Assembly: GCA_000442015.1 (NCBI GenBank) | Contig: KE561122.1 | Coordinates: forward strand, 1-42,538 | Length of the DNA stretch: 42,538 nucleotides | Direction: 5' to 3' | From: Rozella allomycis CSF55 | Taxonomy: Eukaryota | Shown: piece by piece, positions 1 to 10,334 of the stretch | How the letters are laid out: each line of letters starts with the position of its first letter | How positions within the stretch are numbered: the stretch's first letter is position 1 | Notes under the pieces: generated by a model | Database searches by the model: none | Told to the model about the DNA's origin: nothing | What the model saw: the letters and a program-made list of their open reading frames with translations, nothing else | Translations under genes and position numbers: made by a program

Positions 1-2006
1 ATTGAAAGAAATTCAACTTCTCTAATCAAAGATTCCAACAATAGAAATCCTTTATCACTAATTGTTGAATCTTTATTAGAAATTGCTAAAAGTGTAAAAT
101 ATTCCAATTCTTCAAAATATTCAATTTCAATTTCAAAATTTCTTTCAATTTTTTCTGTTTCTATTAATAAATATCTTTCATTCACCAACTCCAATATTGT
201 CTCAATTAAAAATTCATCAATCTCAAATTTTGTAAATTTACAAATAATTTCTAATCTATTTTTAGAAACAAGAAATTTCATTACTGAAGTGTTTCTGAAA
301 AATCTTTATTCCAAATTAAAACATTCTTGGAACAAAATAACACTTTAATACAATTAACAGCTGGCTTATAAAATATCTCATGTTTAGCCAATTTGATTAT
401 TTCATAAATAAATGATGAATCTATTTTAGCTCTCAATGCCCCAGTCTCATTCTAATTGAAATAATCATGAATAGTTTACATAATAAATCAAATGTGGATC
501 TGATTGATATAATTCAAAAATATCTAATAAAACTTCAACTTGATTTTGATAATCAATCTTCTTTTTAAAATTTGTCAATGAATAATAAAATATAATTCGT
601 AATGGCGATGCCATGTATTCATACAGTGCAATCGACGTCGAATTCACCAAGTTTCTGCAACTCTTCACAAGAATTTGTCTGAATACATTATTCGAACTCT
701 CACTTATGGCTATTGGTACAATATTCCTCTTCACAAACGGCGCATTAAACTTGAACGCTGATGACACAAACTCTTGCATCAAACTTTTATCTCCTTCAGA
801 ACTCAAATTCAAATAATTCTTTTCTGGATTAAATATTTTTTCCTAGATTTCTTTTCAATTCATTCTCTTACCGTCAATGTAGGCAAAATATTCTCCATTA
901 TTGGCCCAAGCGGAGACCACGTTGAAAATATAAGCGATGATGCTCTTAGCATGTCAATATACGATTTCAATGCACACTCTTTATTAGACTTTGAATTAGT
1001 CGCTTTATTCAACCCTTTCAAAAATATTTCCTTTAAACATTTATCAAATTCGTTACAAATTCCTTTTTCGATTCAGATAAACTAACAGGCAAACAAATCA
1101 ATAAAGACGATAGAAATGGCCAATATTGATGTCTCTTTTTAGAATTCACAGACGCATCCAAAAATACTTCAAATGTCTCCAACGCATCTCTTTTATTTAT
1201 CCTATCATTTTTACTTTTAAAATCTTCCTGGTTCTCATAGAGTTTACTAAACTCTTCTGGATAGTTCTTTATCCAATTCCAAATCGCCCTCTTCAAACTA
1301 ATGGCAAGCCACAACAAGCCACTCTTTCTCATCTTTTGCGAATACACAATCACTATCTCTAAAAATGCTTCCAATTTCATCCTATCAAATTTCACTTGCG
1401 AAATTATATGGACTCCCCATATTTCTTCAGTTTCATCTGAATGCACCAATTTGGAAACACACTGCAACGACCCTTGGATCTTTTCAATAACAACATTGTA
1501 ATTCATCACACTCAAATAAAATATACATTGACCAGCATATAATCTTATTGTAGAATGCAACGAATGACTGCCATTCAATCTTGGAAACACATCACACACA
1601 TCATTCAAAATGGATTTAGCACAATCATCCCCAATATAATGAACTCCCATCTTTTGCGCATTCATCAAACTGGAACTCGATAATTTCATCAATAATATTT
1701 CAGATTCCAATAACTGGTTATACAACACCTCATTATCAGCAAGCGTTACGGTAATTTGCACATTCAACTGTGAAAGCAAATTATTCAACGCCAACAAACA
1801 ATCTTCAAGATTCTCACCACAAATCCTCAAAAACAAACCAACATCATGCTTAAACTGCACAGAACTTTCAACCTTTGATATACTCTCCTTGCAATTAACA
1901 GGAAGCTACATTAACCCAAACAAAAAACACATACATGCTGCGCTATCTTGTTAATAGCTTGCATAAACAGCCTTCTCGAATCGTGCCCTGGTGACATAAA
2001 GGACAT
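1..2006 (-). CDS. NF1: Neurofibromin/Ira-like RasGAP, N-terminal part (continues off the left edge), multi-exon
   Basis: Spliced MSFMSPGHDSRRLFMQAINKIAQH|LPVNCKE... (intron 1906-1934) joins ORFs 1033-1860 and 465-812 and further exons. Motifs 'AGQCIFYLSVMNYNVV', 'LKRAIWNWIKNYPEEFSKLY' and 'WPFLSSLLICLP' match the neurofibromin N-terminal region as I recall it. Confidence 0.8.
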
Positions 2007-2055
2007 GCAATCAGTAATTTCGATTCCGAAATTTACTAAACACCATTCAAGAAGG

Positions 2056-2776
2056 ATGACAGAAAATGACGAATATGACAATAATACAGTCGATGAAACA
2101 GCAACCGATATTCAGCAAAATCAAGATGATTATAATCTGGATCTCTTGACTTTTCGTGATATTGGGGATCAGGCGCATTGGATGCTGAGTTCAAGGAAAA
2201 TGGGGTTCGGTGTGGAAAATTTACGCGATGATCAGGTTGAAACGTTTTGGCAGTCGGATGGCAATCAACCTCATTTAATCAATATCATGTTTTCAAGAAA
2301 AACTTCGGTTTATGTAATTAGTATATTGTATACTAATACATAGGCGCTGGCAGTATATTTAGATTACAGACAAGATGAAAGTTATACGCCGCAAAAGATA
2401 CTTATTAGGGCCGGTTATACATACCATGATTTACAAGTACTTTAGAATGGATAGTATGATTAGGATGTATGCCAAAAGGAACTTAATGAGCCATGCGGTT
2501 GGACATTATTCCCGTTAAGTGATGATGAACAGTAAACATTTATCGCTTTTAGAAAAAGAATCGTTCAAATCCACCTCATACAAGTTGTGATACTCANTTC
2601 ACCTCATTCAAGTTGTGATACTCACAAACCATCAGAACGGAAGAGACTCCCACATTCGACTGTTAAAAGTACTTGTACCCCGAAAACAGAATTTTGGTAA
2701 TGATGACGAGGACTCCAAAAGTGAACAGATAACTAGAAAATACGAAGAAAGTCAATTTTATTCCATTATCAGATAA
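2056..2776 (+). CDS. APC10: Anaphase-promoting complex subunit 10 (Doc1), 3 introns; assembly N plus duplicated segment at 2571-2624
   Basis: Motifs 'WMLSSRKMGFGVENLRDD..TFWQSDGNQPHLINI', 'LDYRQDESYTP' and 'NHQNGRDSHIR', plus a C-terminal IR tail (…YSIIR*). Confidence 0.95.
2571..2624. other. Assembly artefact: about 25-bp duplication around a single N (2597)
   Basis: cacctcatacaagttgtgatactca N tt cacctcattcaagttgtgatactca; removing one copy restores the APC10 frame. Confidence 0.85.
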
Positions 2777-2823
2777 CCATCATTTTAACACTGAGTGCTC
2801 TGATATTATACAAAAATAAATTA

Positions 2824-3421
2824 TCATACAGTTTTTGATTGTAGAATTAAAGCGACAATTAAACCATATAGACCCAACACTTCAGCAAAAATGAGCATCA
2901 AGACCATTGCCACGTAAACTCGAGATTCTTTAGCAAAATTTCTAACAGAGGAATCTCCCACAATTCCAACAGTCCAGCCTGCTGCAACACCTGATAATCC
3001 TACACTGAGACCAGCTCCTAAATGGGCAGCACCAGATTGAAGAGAATAATTTTGATTTGGCATTACAAACATTAACAAAACATTTCTTTACTTGATCCGG
3101 TAATAAGAACTGCCACAACTAGCCCATAAATACCGATAATACCAGCCATAACAACTGGAATTAACGATCGCATTATTAATTGAGGTTTAAACGTACCCAT
3201 ACCAGCAATACCGATACCTAATATGGTCAAAACATTATTTACATACCTTTTAATAAAAGTTATTTTCGTTACCTGATTTAGCTGTGCCATAGGCCGCACC
3301 TAACGCTAAATACAAATAAAGAACACTGTTTACCACAAAATATCATTGCAAAGGTTGCACCAGCAAAACCAAAAAATGGTGCATAGGGTGGACAGCGTTC
3401 TGTATATTCAAACACATCCAT
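2824..3421 (-). CDS. VMA11: V-ATPase 16 kDa proteolipid subunit (c/c', Vma11-like)
   Basis: Spliced '[66 protein letters not shown]'. Needs a tandem intron (3218-3272) and a GT-TG intron (3066-3091). The c' versus c assignment is less certain. Confidence 0.9.
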
Positions 3422-3612
3422 TGCAAAGGCTTTGTATATAGAACTGAAACGTGGCTTGACTTGATGGCTGTGGACTCAAGTGTAAGGGTTCCAACATTTT
3501 TTAATTAAAATCTCTTTTACAATCAATACTAGATCTTCCATGTAATTGGGATAATTGGTGATCATAGGTCTCGAGTTGCTTTGCCACACATTAGCCACTC
3601 TTTTTTGTGGAT

Positions 3613-3954
3613 ATGAATCCCCAGAATAACGTCACCGTAAGAGTGATTTTAACAAAATTAAACAGTATCACTCGTATCCAAAATATAACACTGCAACTGA
3701 ACAGAACGGGAACTTGTATAACCGACAAGCAGGCACTGTCCCGAATCTACCGGTCACTTACACAGATTACGTATATCCAAGTAAGCTATATTATTGATTA
3801 ATTAAATAGCTCACGCTAAGGCGAAAAAGGAAAAGAAAGAAGACAATACATGTTTAGGAATGTAAGACGCGTAAATAAAACTAAGAAAAGATTGGCGGGC
3901 GCTTTGTGCTTTATTTGCATAGCAGGAACAGCCGCTATTGGGGGCAAGAAATAG
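3613..3954 (+). CDS. Small CYSTM-like tail-anchored protein, 3 introns (missed by ORF track)
   Basis: Spliced MNPQNNVT|YHSYPKY…TDYVYP|THAKAKKEKKEDNTCLG|ILAGALCFICIAGTAAIGGKK*. Three canonical micro-introns, and a C-terminal 'CL…GALC..C' module. Confidence 0.65.
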
Positions 3955-3994
3955 AATTTTGAAATTTATCAGAACCAGTGTAACAATGAGTGGA

Positions 3995-4799
3995 TTATTT
4001 AATAAAATTGTCTTTATAATTAATCAATGAGGCTGCATCAATATCCAAAAGCCAAGTACTATTTGAATTAATTTCACTAACGATTCCCGCTGGATATTTC
4101 ATTTTCTGGTCTTTTTTAAAAATGTCTTCAATAACCTTATTCTTTGAAGCACCGGTGACCAGAAAAACAACATTCTCACACATTTTTAATGCATTCAAAG
4201 TCAGGGTTATTCTTTTTGGTGGAGGCTTTGGTGAATTTTCTACATAGTCAAGAAATTCAACGCTTCGAAGAATATCATGGTCAGGAAACAGTGAGCAAGT
4301 ATGTCCGTCAGGCCCCATACCTTAATGATAAAAATGTACTTGCAATACCTAACAATGCACAATCAATTATAAGACTTGAACCGGTACATGGCAAGCCTAA
4401 CTCCTTCCATGTTTCCCTCATTTGCCCATAATAGTTTTCGCAAACCTTTTTCGTGTCGTTTAAAAATTCACTATTTATTTTAATGAATCTAAAGGGCTTT
4501 ATATTTGTGGATCCAAAAAGTTCCTGAAAGTAAAATGACTCTTAATGTTTTACGTTATCAATTAATTTTGCATTCGAGTCATCACTATCATTTTCTACAC
4601 ATCTTTCATCTGCCAATAAAATGATCCACTTGGAAAAGTTTTCCTTGTTAACGTTTTTCAACAACAAGGGCAAAGACCCACCAGATATTGCTATAGTAAA
4701 GTAATTTGATTTTTCTAAAGCCTTAGTTTCTAGCTCTTTTAAAATTATTGCTACTCTCTCACAAATCCCTTCTTTCCCTGAAAACACCTCCAATTTCAT
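3995..4799 (-). CDS. PGLS: 6-phosphogluconolactonase (Sol3/PGLS family), 2 introns
   Basis: Motifs 'FTIAISGGSLP', 'LADERCV…SN', 'LLGMGPDGHTCSLFP' and 'SPKPPPKRITLT'. Confidence 0.95.
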
Positions 4800-4954
4800 A
4801 AAATCTTGATCAGCCACTGGCCACCATTTGAACTATTTTTAGCCGATTCAAATTGGCCAAACTTATAGATTTAAGTCTAAATGAGAATTGTTGGAGTTGA
4901 TTCAGAAAATACGATGCCTATTAATAGAAAATGTCATTCGATGGTGGCTAAGTA

Positions 4955-5424
4955 ATGTCGGCACCACCATTTAATCCAGAGCACCAGGCATATCCAGTAA
5001 ACATTATAAACTCTCATAAATAGCCGGGACAGAATTATCCTTATCCACCGCCGTCTCAACCACCGCAAAATTATCCTGCTCACCCATATCCTGGGCCTCC
5101 TCAGCCGTATACAGGCTATCCACCACAACCAGGATATAATGGACAACCACCGTATCCACCTCAACAAGGTTATCCTGGTCAAGCACCGTATCCACCGCAA
5201 CAAGGCTATCCAGGACAATATCCCCCGCCAATGGGCGGTTATCCGCGTAATTTATTGAAAATTAAATGAATATAGAGGGACCAAGACCAGTTGTTGTACA
5301 AGCTCCAGCTAATTCGCAGAAGAGTGACGACGGATGTCTTACATTGTAAGTTAAATAGGTTACTTAAATAATTAGTATCATGGGTGCATTATGCTGTTGC
5401 TGTCTAATGAATGCTGTGGACTAA
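4955..5424 (+). CDS. Pro/Gln/Tyr-rich CYSTM (cysteine-rich transmembrane module) protein, 3 introns (missed by ORF track)
   Basis: Spliced [24 protein letters not shown]…[10 protein letters not shown]…|…[24 protein letters not shown], which is the classic CYSTM architecture. Confidence 0.9.
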
Positions 5425-5496
5425 ATTTCTTATTAATACATACATAATAAACATAAATTTTGCTGTGCAATTTAATGCAGAAAAGAGATTTCTTTA

Positions 5497-8400
5497 TTAT
5501 TCGATAAACTTTAGTAGATTTGAGGCTTCTTTGATGTTTTCAGTAGACATTTTGATGAGTGCTCTGGGTAATAAAGTAAATGGCCTTATGAATTTATCTC
5601 TTTCAATATCATTTTCATGGAGAGAAGTGACAATTGTTCTAATTGCACACTCATATAAACCTATATGATTGCCTTGAAAAAATAACGAAAGGCTCTTTGT
5701 TTCATTAGGCTTGAGATCTATGGCTAAATCACTTAAGCTATAGTTTTTTTCCTGCTGCTCTAAATTCATAGAAACATGAACGGCTATGGCGGAAGTATTT
5801 TGTATTGCTATATTTTTCTTCTTATTTATTAATTGGCCTTCCATTTCCTGAATCAATGTTCCGACTATTAGATGATGAGCAATTTCTTCGTCTTCAACTA
5901 GACCCAAGCCTGGCGTCAAAGATTTAATGAATTGTATAGGCGAGCCATTGAAACTAACTTGGAACAAAATTTTTATCGAATATCCCTCAAAATCGCATAT
6001 TATGGAAGACAAATACAATCCAGGCGTCAGTGAATGAACCTTGACTTCAATGGGAAGAATTCCATAACTTTCAATACATTTTTCATGTTTAATGGAAACA
6101 TTCAAAAATTGGTCGCATAAAACTTTAGTCTTTACAGCTGAAGATAGAATAGAAAGATTCTCTACATTGACAACAATAGTTTGTGATTCTCCTATCTTTA
6201 GAGGGCTAAAGAAAAGGACATGGCTTGCATCGTGATCAGTAAAATCTGTTCTTGGATAAATAATCCTATCAATAGGATCTTCACTTGACACATTACAAGA
6301 AAACCCAAGGCTGTGGCCTTTCATTAAAACAAAAGTTTTTTCCTTCTTGCCTCCATATTCACATTCTATATTATAATCGACATCAACATCTGATTTTAGC
6401 GGTTTTGTTAAAACTTCAATTTCTTTGCATTCTCCCGGCTGCAACCAACCATTAAATTGAGGTATCTGAACATTGGTTATTTTTTCATTATTTTTAGATC
6501 TCAAGTGATAAAAGGTTTTATACATCCTGCAATTTCTAAGCACTATCTTGTCCTTTGAAGTATAATTAACAAAGCAATTTGATATAGTGGATTCACTTTT
6601 GGTAAATTCAATTAATTCATTCAAGCATTCGGCTCTAATTTCGGTAATGTAAATTTTGTTAGCTAGTCTAGGGAGCAGAGAACAGGGCTCCTCGTTTAGA
6701 ACATTGAATCTCAAAAAACATCTTAACCTACATTCCATTATGGGAATCACTGTGACTGAAATATTTATTTCTTCGCCTGGCTGTAATGATATCGCATCTT
6801 TTTCGTAAAGAACAAATGCGTTGGGAAGCAAAACTCTAGGAAAACAATCTATTGTAGCCAGATCATAATGTCTAAAGTCAAATGGATCCAAAATATTCAA
6901 AGACTCGTCAACTTGCATTTGATGACTTATTCTAGCCTTTATAAGGATGTTTCCGCAGTTCCTTATTTGCACCTGTTCGATATGTTTGGAAAAAGGCTTT
7001 ATTAGACCCAAATCTAACAAATGATTGCTAAATTCTAAAGAAATATGATTCGAGACTTTTTTCTGATACAAAAAACACTCCCCAGAATCCTTTATTAGGA
7101 ACTGAGTATTTAATGGTCCGCATGTATGTTGATATGTGATTTCCCTGTTTTTGTTTGAAACACAAGATCCTCTAACAATTAGTTCCAAATGAGTATCTTC
7201 GTTGACTGGCACTTTTGAAAGCTGAGACAAGAAAGATTTAATAAAAAGTGTGCAAGAGAATTCATGAAATCGAGGAGATGTTGGGCTGTACTTTGCAACA
7301 AACGTAATCTTACCGTTCGGTGGGAATTCGACATTGGATGGAGATACAGAAAATACAGAATGACATTGTTGAGCTATAGTGGACACATCTTTTTCTTTGA
7401 CTTCCCAATATGTTTGAATAGCAAAAGAATTTTGATTGATAACCGAAAATTCAAATTGTCGAGTTTCATTAGCGAAAACATCTTTCATATCTTTGACCAA
7501 TATTGAACTGGAATTCTCAAAGCAAAATCTTTTATACTCGGCCATTCCTTCCAGAGAAAAATGAAATATTTTAAGAGTATCACTTATTACAGAAAATGAA
7601 TGTTTAATAGCCCCTTCTTGCTCTGGTTTGATGTCCACGCAGATGACGATTTCTTTGTCCTTTTCAAGTTCAAATTTTTCAGGGTGCACAATAATAGTTT
7701 CATGAAATAGGGCATTCAGTTTGGAACCAGCAGCAAAATTTAATGTACTGGAATCAAATGAATCCAAATTGATATGATCTGGGAAAATTTGGAATTTGGA
7801 ATTGCCTTGGATATTTTTTAACTTCATTTGTACGCGCTTTTTGTGATTAACTAAGCTGCCACCAATACTAATTAGTCTGTTGGATAAACTTTTGCCTTCA
7901 TAAATCAATTCTGGATCCATGTTTTGTGTAATGATGGGAACAATGTATTCTTTGCCTGAACTTAGCTGACACTTTATATCATATTCGTTTTTAAAACAAT
8001 TTACGGGCTTGAAATATATATTCAGGTCTAAAGATAACCCGGGCGCAAGATTAATATCATTATTCAGATTAGCGTTTTCACATACAATTTTAACTACATT
8101 GGCTTGAGGAAATTTAATTCTAAACTTTAAGATTTCTTTGGAACCATTTTTAAGATTTAATTTCCTAACGTATGTTTCATTTGGAACATAATCTGTAAAA
8201 TTGACGGATTCGGGCTTCACAATCAAAATTTCAGCCTTTTCCTTAATTTTTGTTTGAGCTTCATGTATGCTTATTATTTGAGTGTCAGAATATTCTTCAT
8301 ACTTTTTCAAATTGTTGACAGGTTTGACATGTGAATACTTTTTCTTGGGAATGATTTGTGTAGAATCTTCAATTGGCGCTAACGGATTTATGTAAAGAAC

Positions 8401-8877
8401 CTTCTTTGCGTCATCAATTGTGAAATAATCATTTAGATCAATATTTTCCGATTTTTTAGTTGTTAATAAAGAATTCAAAGCATCAATGATGTCTTGTTGA
8501 CCATTTTTAGTTATAATATCGTCTAAATTATTTTGAATGGTGTTAAAGATGGATTCGCATTCTTGATAGCATTCGTTATATTCCTGAAGAATTTTTGCCC
8601 TTTTATTTTTTCCTTGTTCCACAATGCCCCTAATTTTATCCATACTTTCCTTTATCATTTTTTCATCGTCTTCCAAGTTGAACTTTAAGGAATCATTACT
8701 AATAGATTTTGCTTTTTTCAAATCATTTTCTGTCTTATTTTTATTCAATGAATGTTTTCTCTTTTCCGTTGAAACTGATGTTTTTGGTCGATTATCTTCA
8801 ATCTTTGGCAAAGAGTTTTGTGCATTTTCAAATATGAGATTAAATTCTTTTATGGCATCTGTGAATATTTTCTCCAT
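5497..8877 (-). CDS. DLEC1: DLEC1/CFAP81-like ciliary protein with ASH/Ig-like domains (1126 aa ORF)
   Basis: 'VKPESVNFTDYVPNETYVRKLNLKN', 'LAPGLSLDLNIYFKP' and repeated 'L.PGE…I.V' ASH-type motifs resemble DLEC1. Uninterrupted ORF. Confidence 0.65.
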   Translation of the reverse strand: MEKIFTDAIKEFNLIFENAQNSLPKIEDNRPKTSVSTEKRKHSLNKNKTENDLKKAKSISNDSLKFNLEDDEKMIKESMDKIRGIVEQGKNKRAKILQEYNECYQECESIFNTIQNNLDDIITKNGQQDIIDALNSLLTTKKSENIDLNDYFTIDDAKKVLYINPLAPIEDSTQIIPKKKYSHVKPVNNLKKYEEYSDTQIISIHEAQTKIKEKAEILIVKPESVNFTDYVPNETYVRKLNLKNGSKEILKFRIKFPQANVVKIVCENANLNNDINLAPGLSLDLNIYFKPVNCFKNEYDIKCQLSSGKEYIVPIITQNMDPELIYEGKSLSNRLISIGGSLVNHKKRVQMKLKNIQGNSKFQIFPDHINLDSFDSSTLNFAAGSKLNALFHETIIVHPEKFELEKDKEIVICVDIKPEQEGAIKHSFSVISDTLKIFHFSLEGMAEYKRFCFENSSSILVKDMKDVFANETRQFEFSVINQNSFAIQTYWEVKEKDVSTIAQQCHSVFSVSPSNVEFPPNGKITFVAKYSPTSPRFHEFSCTLFIKSFLSQLSKVPVNEDTHLELIVRGSCVSNKNREITYQHTCGPLNTQFLIKDSGECFLYQKKVSNHISLEFSNHLLDLGLIKPFSKHIEQVQIRNCGNILIKARISHQMQVDESLNILDPFDFRHYDLATIDCFPRVLLPNAFVLYEKDAISLQPGEEINISVTVIPIMECRLRCFLRFNVLNEEPCSLLPRLANKIYITEIRAECLNELIEFTKSESTISNCFVNYTSKDKIVLRNCRMYKTFYHLRSKNNEKITNVQIPQFNGWLQPGECKEIEVLTKPLKSDVDVDYNIECEYGGKKEKTFVLMKGHSLGFSCNVSSEDPIDRIIYPRTDFTDHDASHVLFFSPLKIGESQTIVVNVENLSILSSAVKTKVLCDQFLNVSIKHEKCIESYGILPIEVKVHSLTPGLYLSSIICDFEGYSIKILFQVSFNGSPIQFIKSLTPGLGLVEDEEIAHHLIVGTLIQEMEGQLINKKKNIAIQNTSAIAVHVSMNLEQQEKNYSLSDLAIDLKPNETKSLSLFFQGNHIGLYECAIRTIVTSLHENDIERDKFIRPFTLLPRALIKMSTENIKEASNLLKFIE

Positions 8878-8918
8878 TCAGCTTTTGGTTTCTAGGTCCA
8901 ACTAAAAACAACATAAAA

Positions 8919-10305
8919 ATGGAATTTCATTTTGACGTTACACAAGTTCTCAAACGACCAATAAGTGTTCTTTCGTATGAAAATGATATAAGGATACTAG
9001 AAAAAGTGCCTTCTCGAAAGTAATAGAATAAATTTGACTTTAATTGATATTATTTAGAGCAAATTCAAGAAATTGTAGATGAACTTGGGTACGCATCATC
9101 AAAGGTTATTAATATTGTCATGAAAAATCAAGGCCCAAAAATTAAAGTATCCGATTACCACGTATCACAAAATAAGAGAAAATACTGACCAGAGACTATA
9201 CATTATCAGAGATGAATTTCCGGAAGAAGTTGACAAGGATGATAATTACTATGTACACATGATGAATGCGACTATAAAAGCTAAAGCGAATGATAATGAT
9301 GTGCAACCTGCAGCGGAAATATTCAAAGGTTGCATGAAGGAACTACAAAGAGCTGAATATCATCAAGCAAGCGCCGTATCAAAACTTTTATCTCAGCTTC
9401 CTGGTATAAATAATAACCAGAGATCATCCATTGTTGCCAACAATGTGTCTACAGAAAAATTGTCGGAAACTGGACCAAGAAAGAATATAATACATGGTTT
9501 TTTAAAAGTGGGGACAAAAGTTTTGTTTATATCGGTAAATAACATTCATGATATCTATAGGATGATCAGGGTAGACAACATCAAATCCAGCCACTATGTC
9601 TTTTGGATATATATATTCATGAAAACAGTCAAAGGAAGGGATTCGGGAAGAAACTTTTTGATCACATGCTCATGGTAAGAAGTGTGTTTTAACTGCAAAT
9701 GATGGAAGGAGTTCAACCCTACAAACTGGCATATGATAAACCGTCGGAGAAGATGCTGTCATTTCTTTCAAAGCACTACAATTTGAAGAGTTATCTACCT
9801 CAAGCAAATAATTTTGTTGTATTTAGGGATTACGGATTGAGTTATATGAATTTTGTGTTGAGAAGGGAACCGGCAAGGAAAATGGTTCTGACTGGATCTA
9901 AATTGAATAGCCGGGTAGCTGTCAAAAATATGAAAGTTATGAGTAAAAGCCCGACGAAAAATGTAAATGTATATGTGTGGAGTGATGAAGAGTGTGAATT
10001 CAGAATCTAGTAATCAAGATTTAAGGGCATTGTCACCATTAAAGAATCCCAACTATTTGACAGGAAAATCAGAAGGAAAGTCTAGTTTTTCAACTCTTCT
10101 TGAAGAAGATGATATTAAAAAATCGAGTGGACTGCTTTCTAGTCAAAGTCAGTCTACTGTCAGATCTTCTGTTTCACATTTGCCTGCATTAAGTTTTGGA
10201 TCTAGGGATATTTTGAATGATAAGAGAAAGACTCCATCTACTCCTAAAGAAAAGTATGGACGATTGACTCCATTATTATCAGCAAAGAATAAACGACACT
10301 TTTAA
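8919..10305 (+). CDS. ATAT1: Alpha-tubulin N-acetyltransferase (MEC-17 family), about 5 introns
   Basis: Motifs 'MEFHFDV', 'IVDELGYASSKAQKL..PITT', 'GFLKVGTKVLF', 'PLCLLDIYIHENSQRKGFGKKLFDHML' and 'LAYDKPSEKMLSFLSKHY…PQANNFVVF'. Confidence 0.95.
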
Positions 10306-10334
10306 TATTAAAAATAATTGAGAGGAAATGTTTA

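Noticed and set aside
2571-2624. Apparent frameshift or tandem duplication in APC10
   Set aside because: Centred on an N with near-identical flanks; this is a scaffold join, possibly between haplotypes, not biology.
4934-5231. Minus-strand ORFs with WIR/VDT repeats
   Set aside because: Antisense shadows of the Pro/Gln/Tyr repeats of the plus-strand CYSTM gene.
9842-9868. Possible GT-GG intron in the ATAT1 tail
   Set aside because: The frame is open without splicing and the region is unconserved, so there is no evidence either way.
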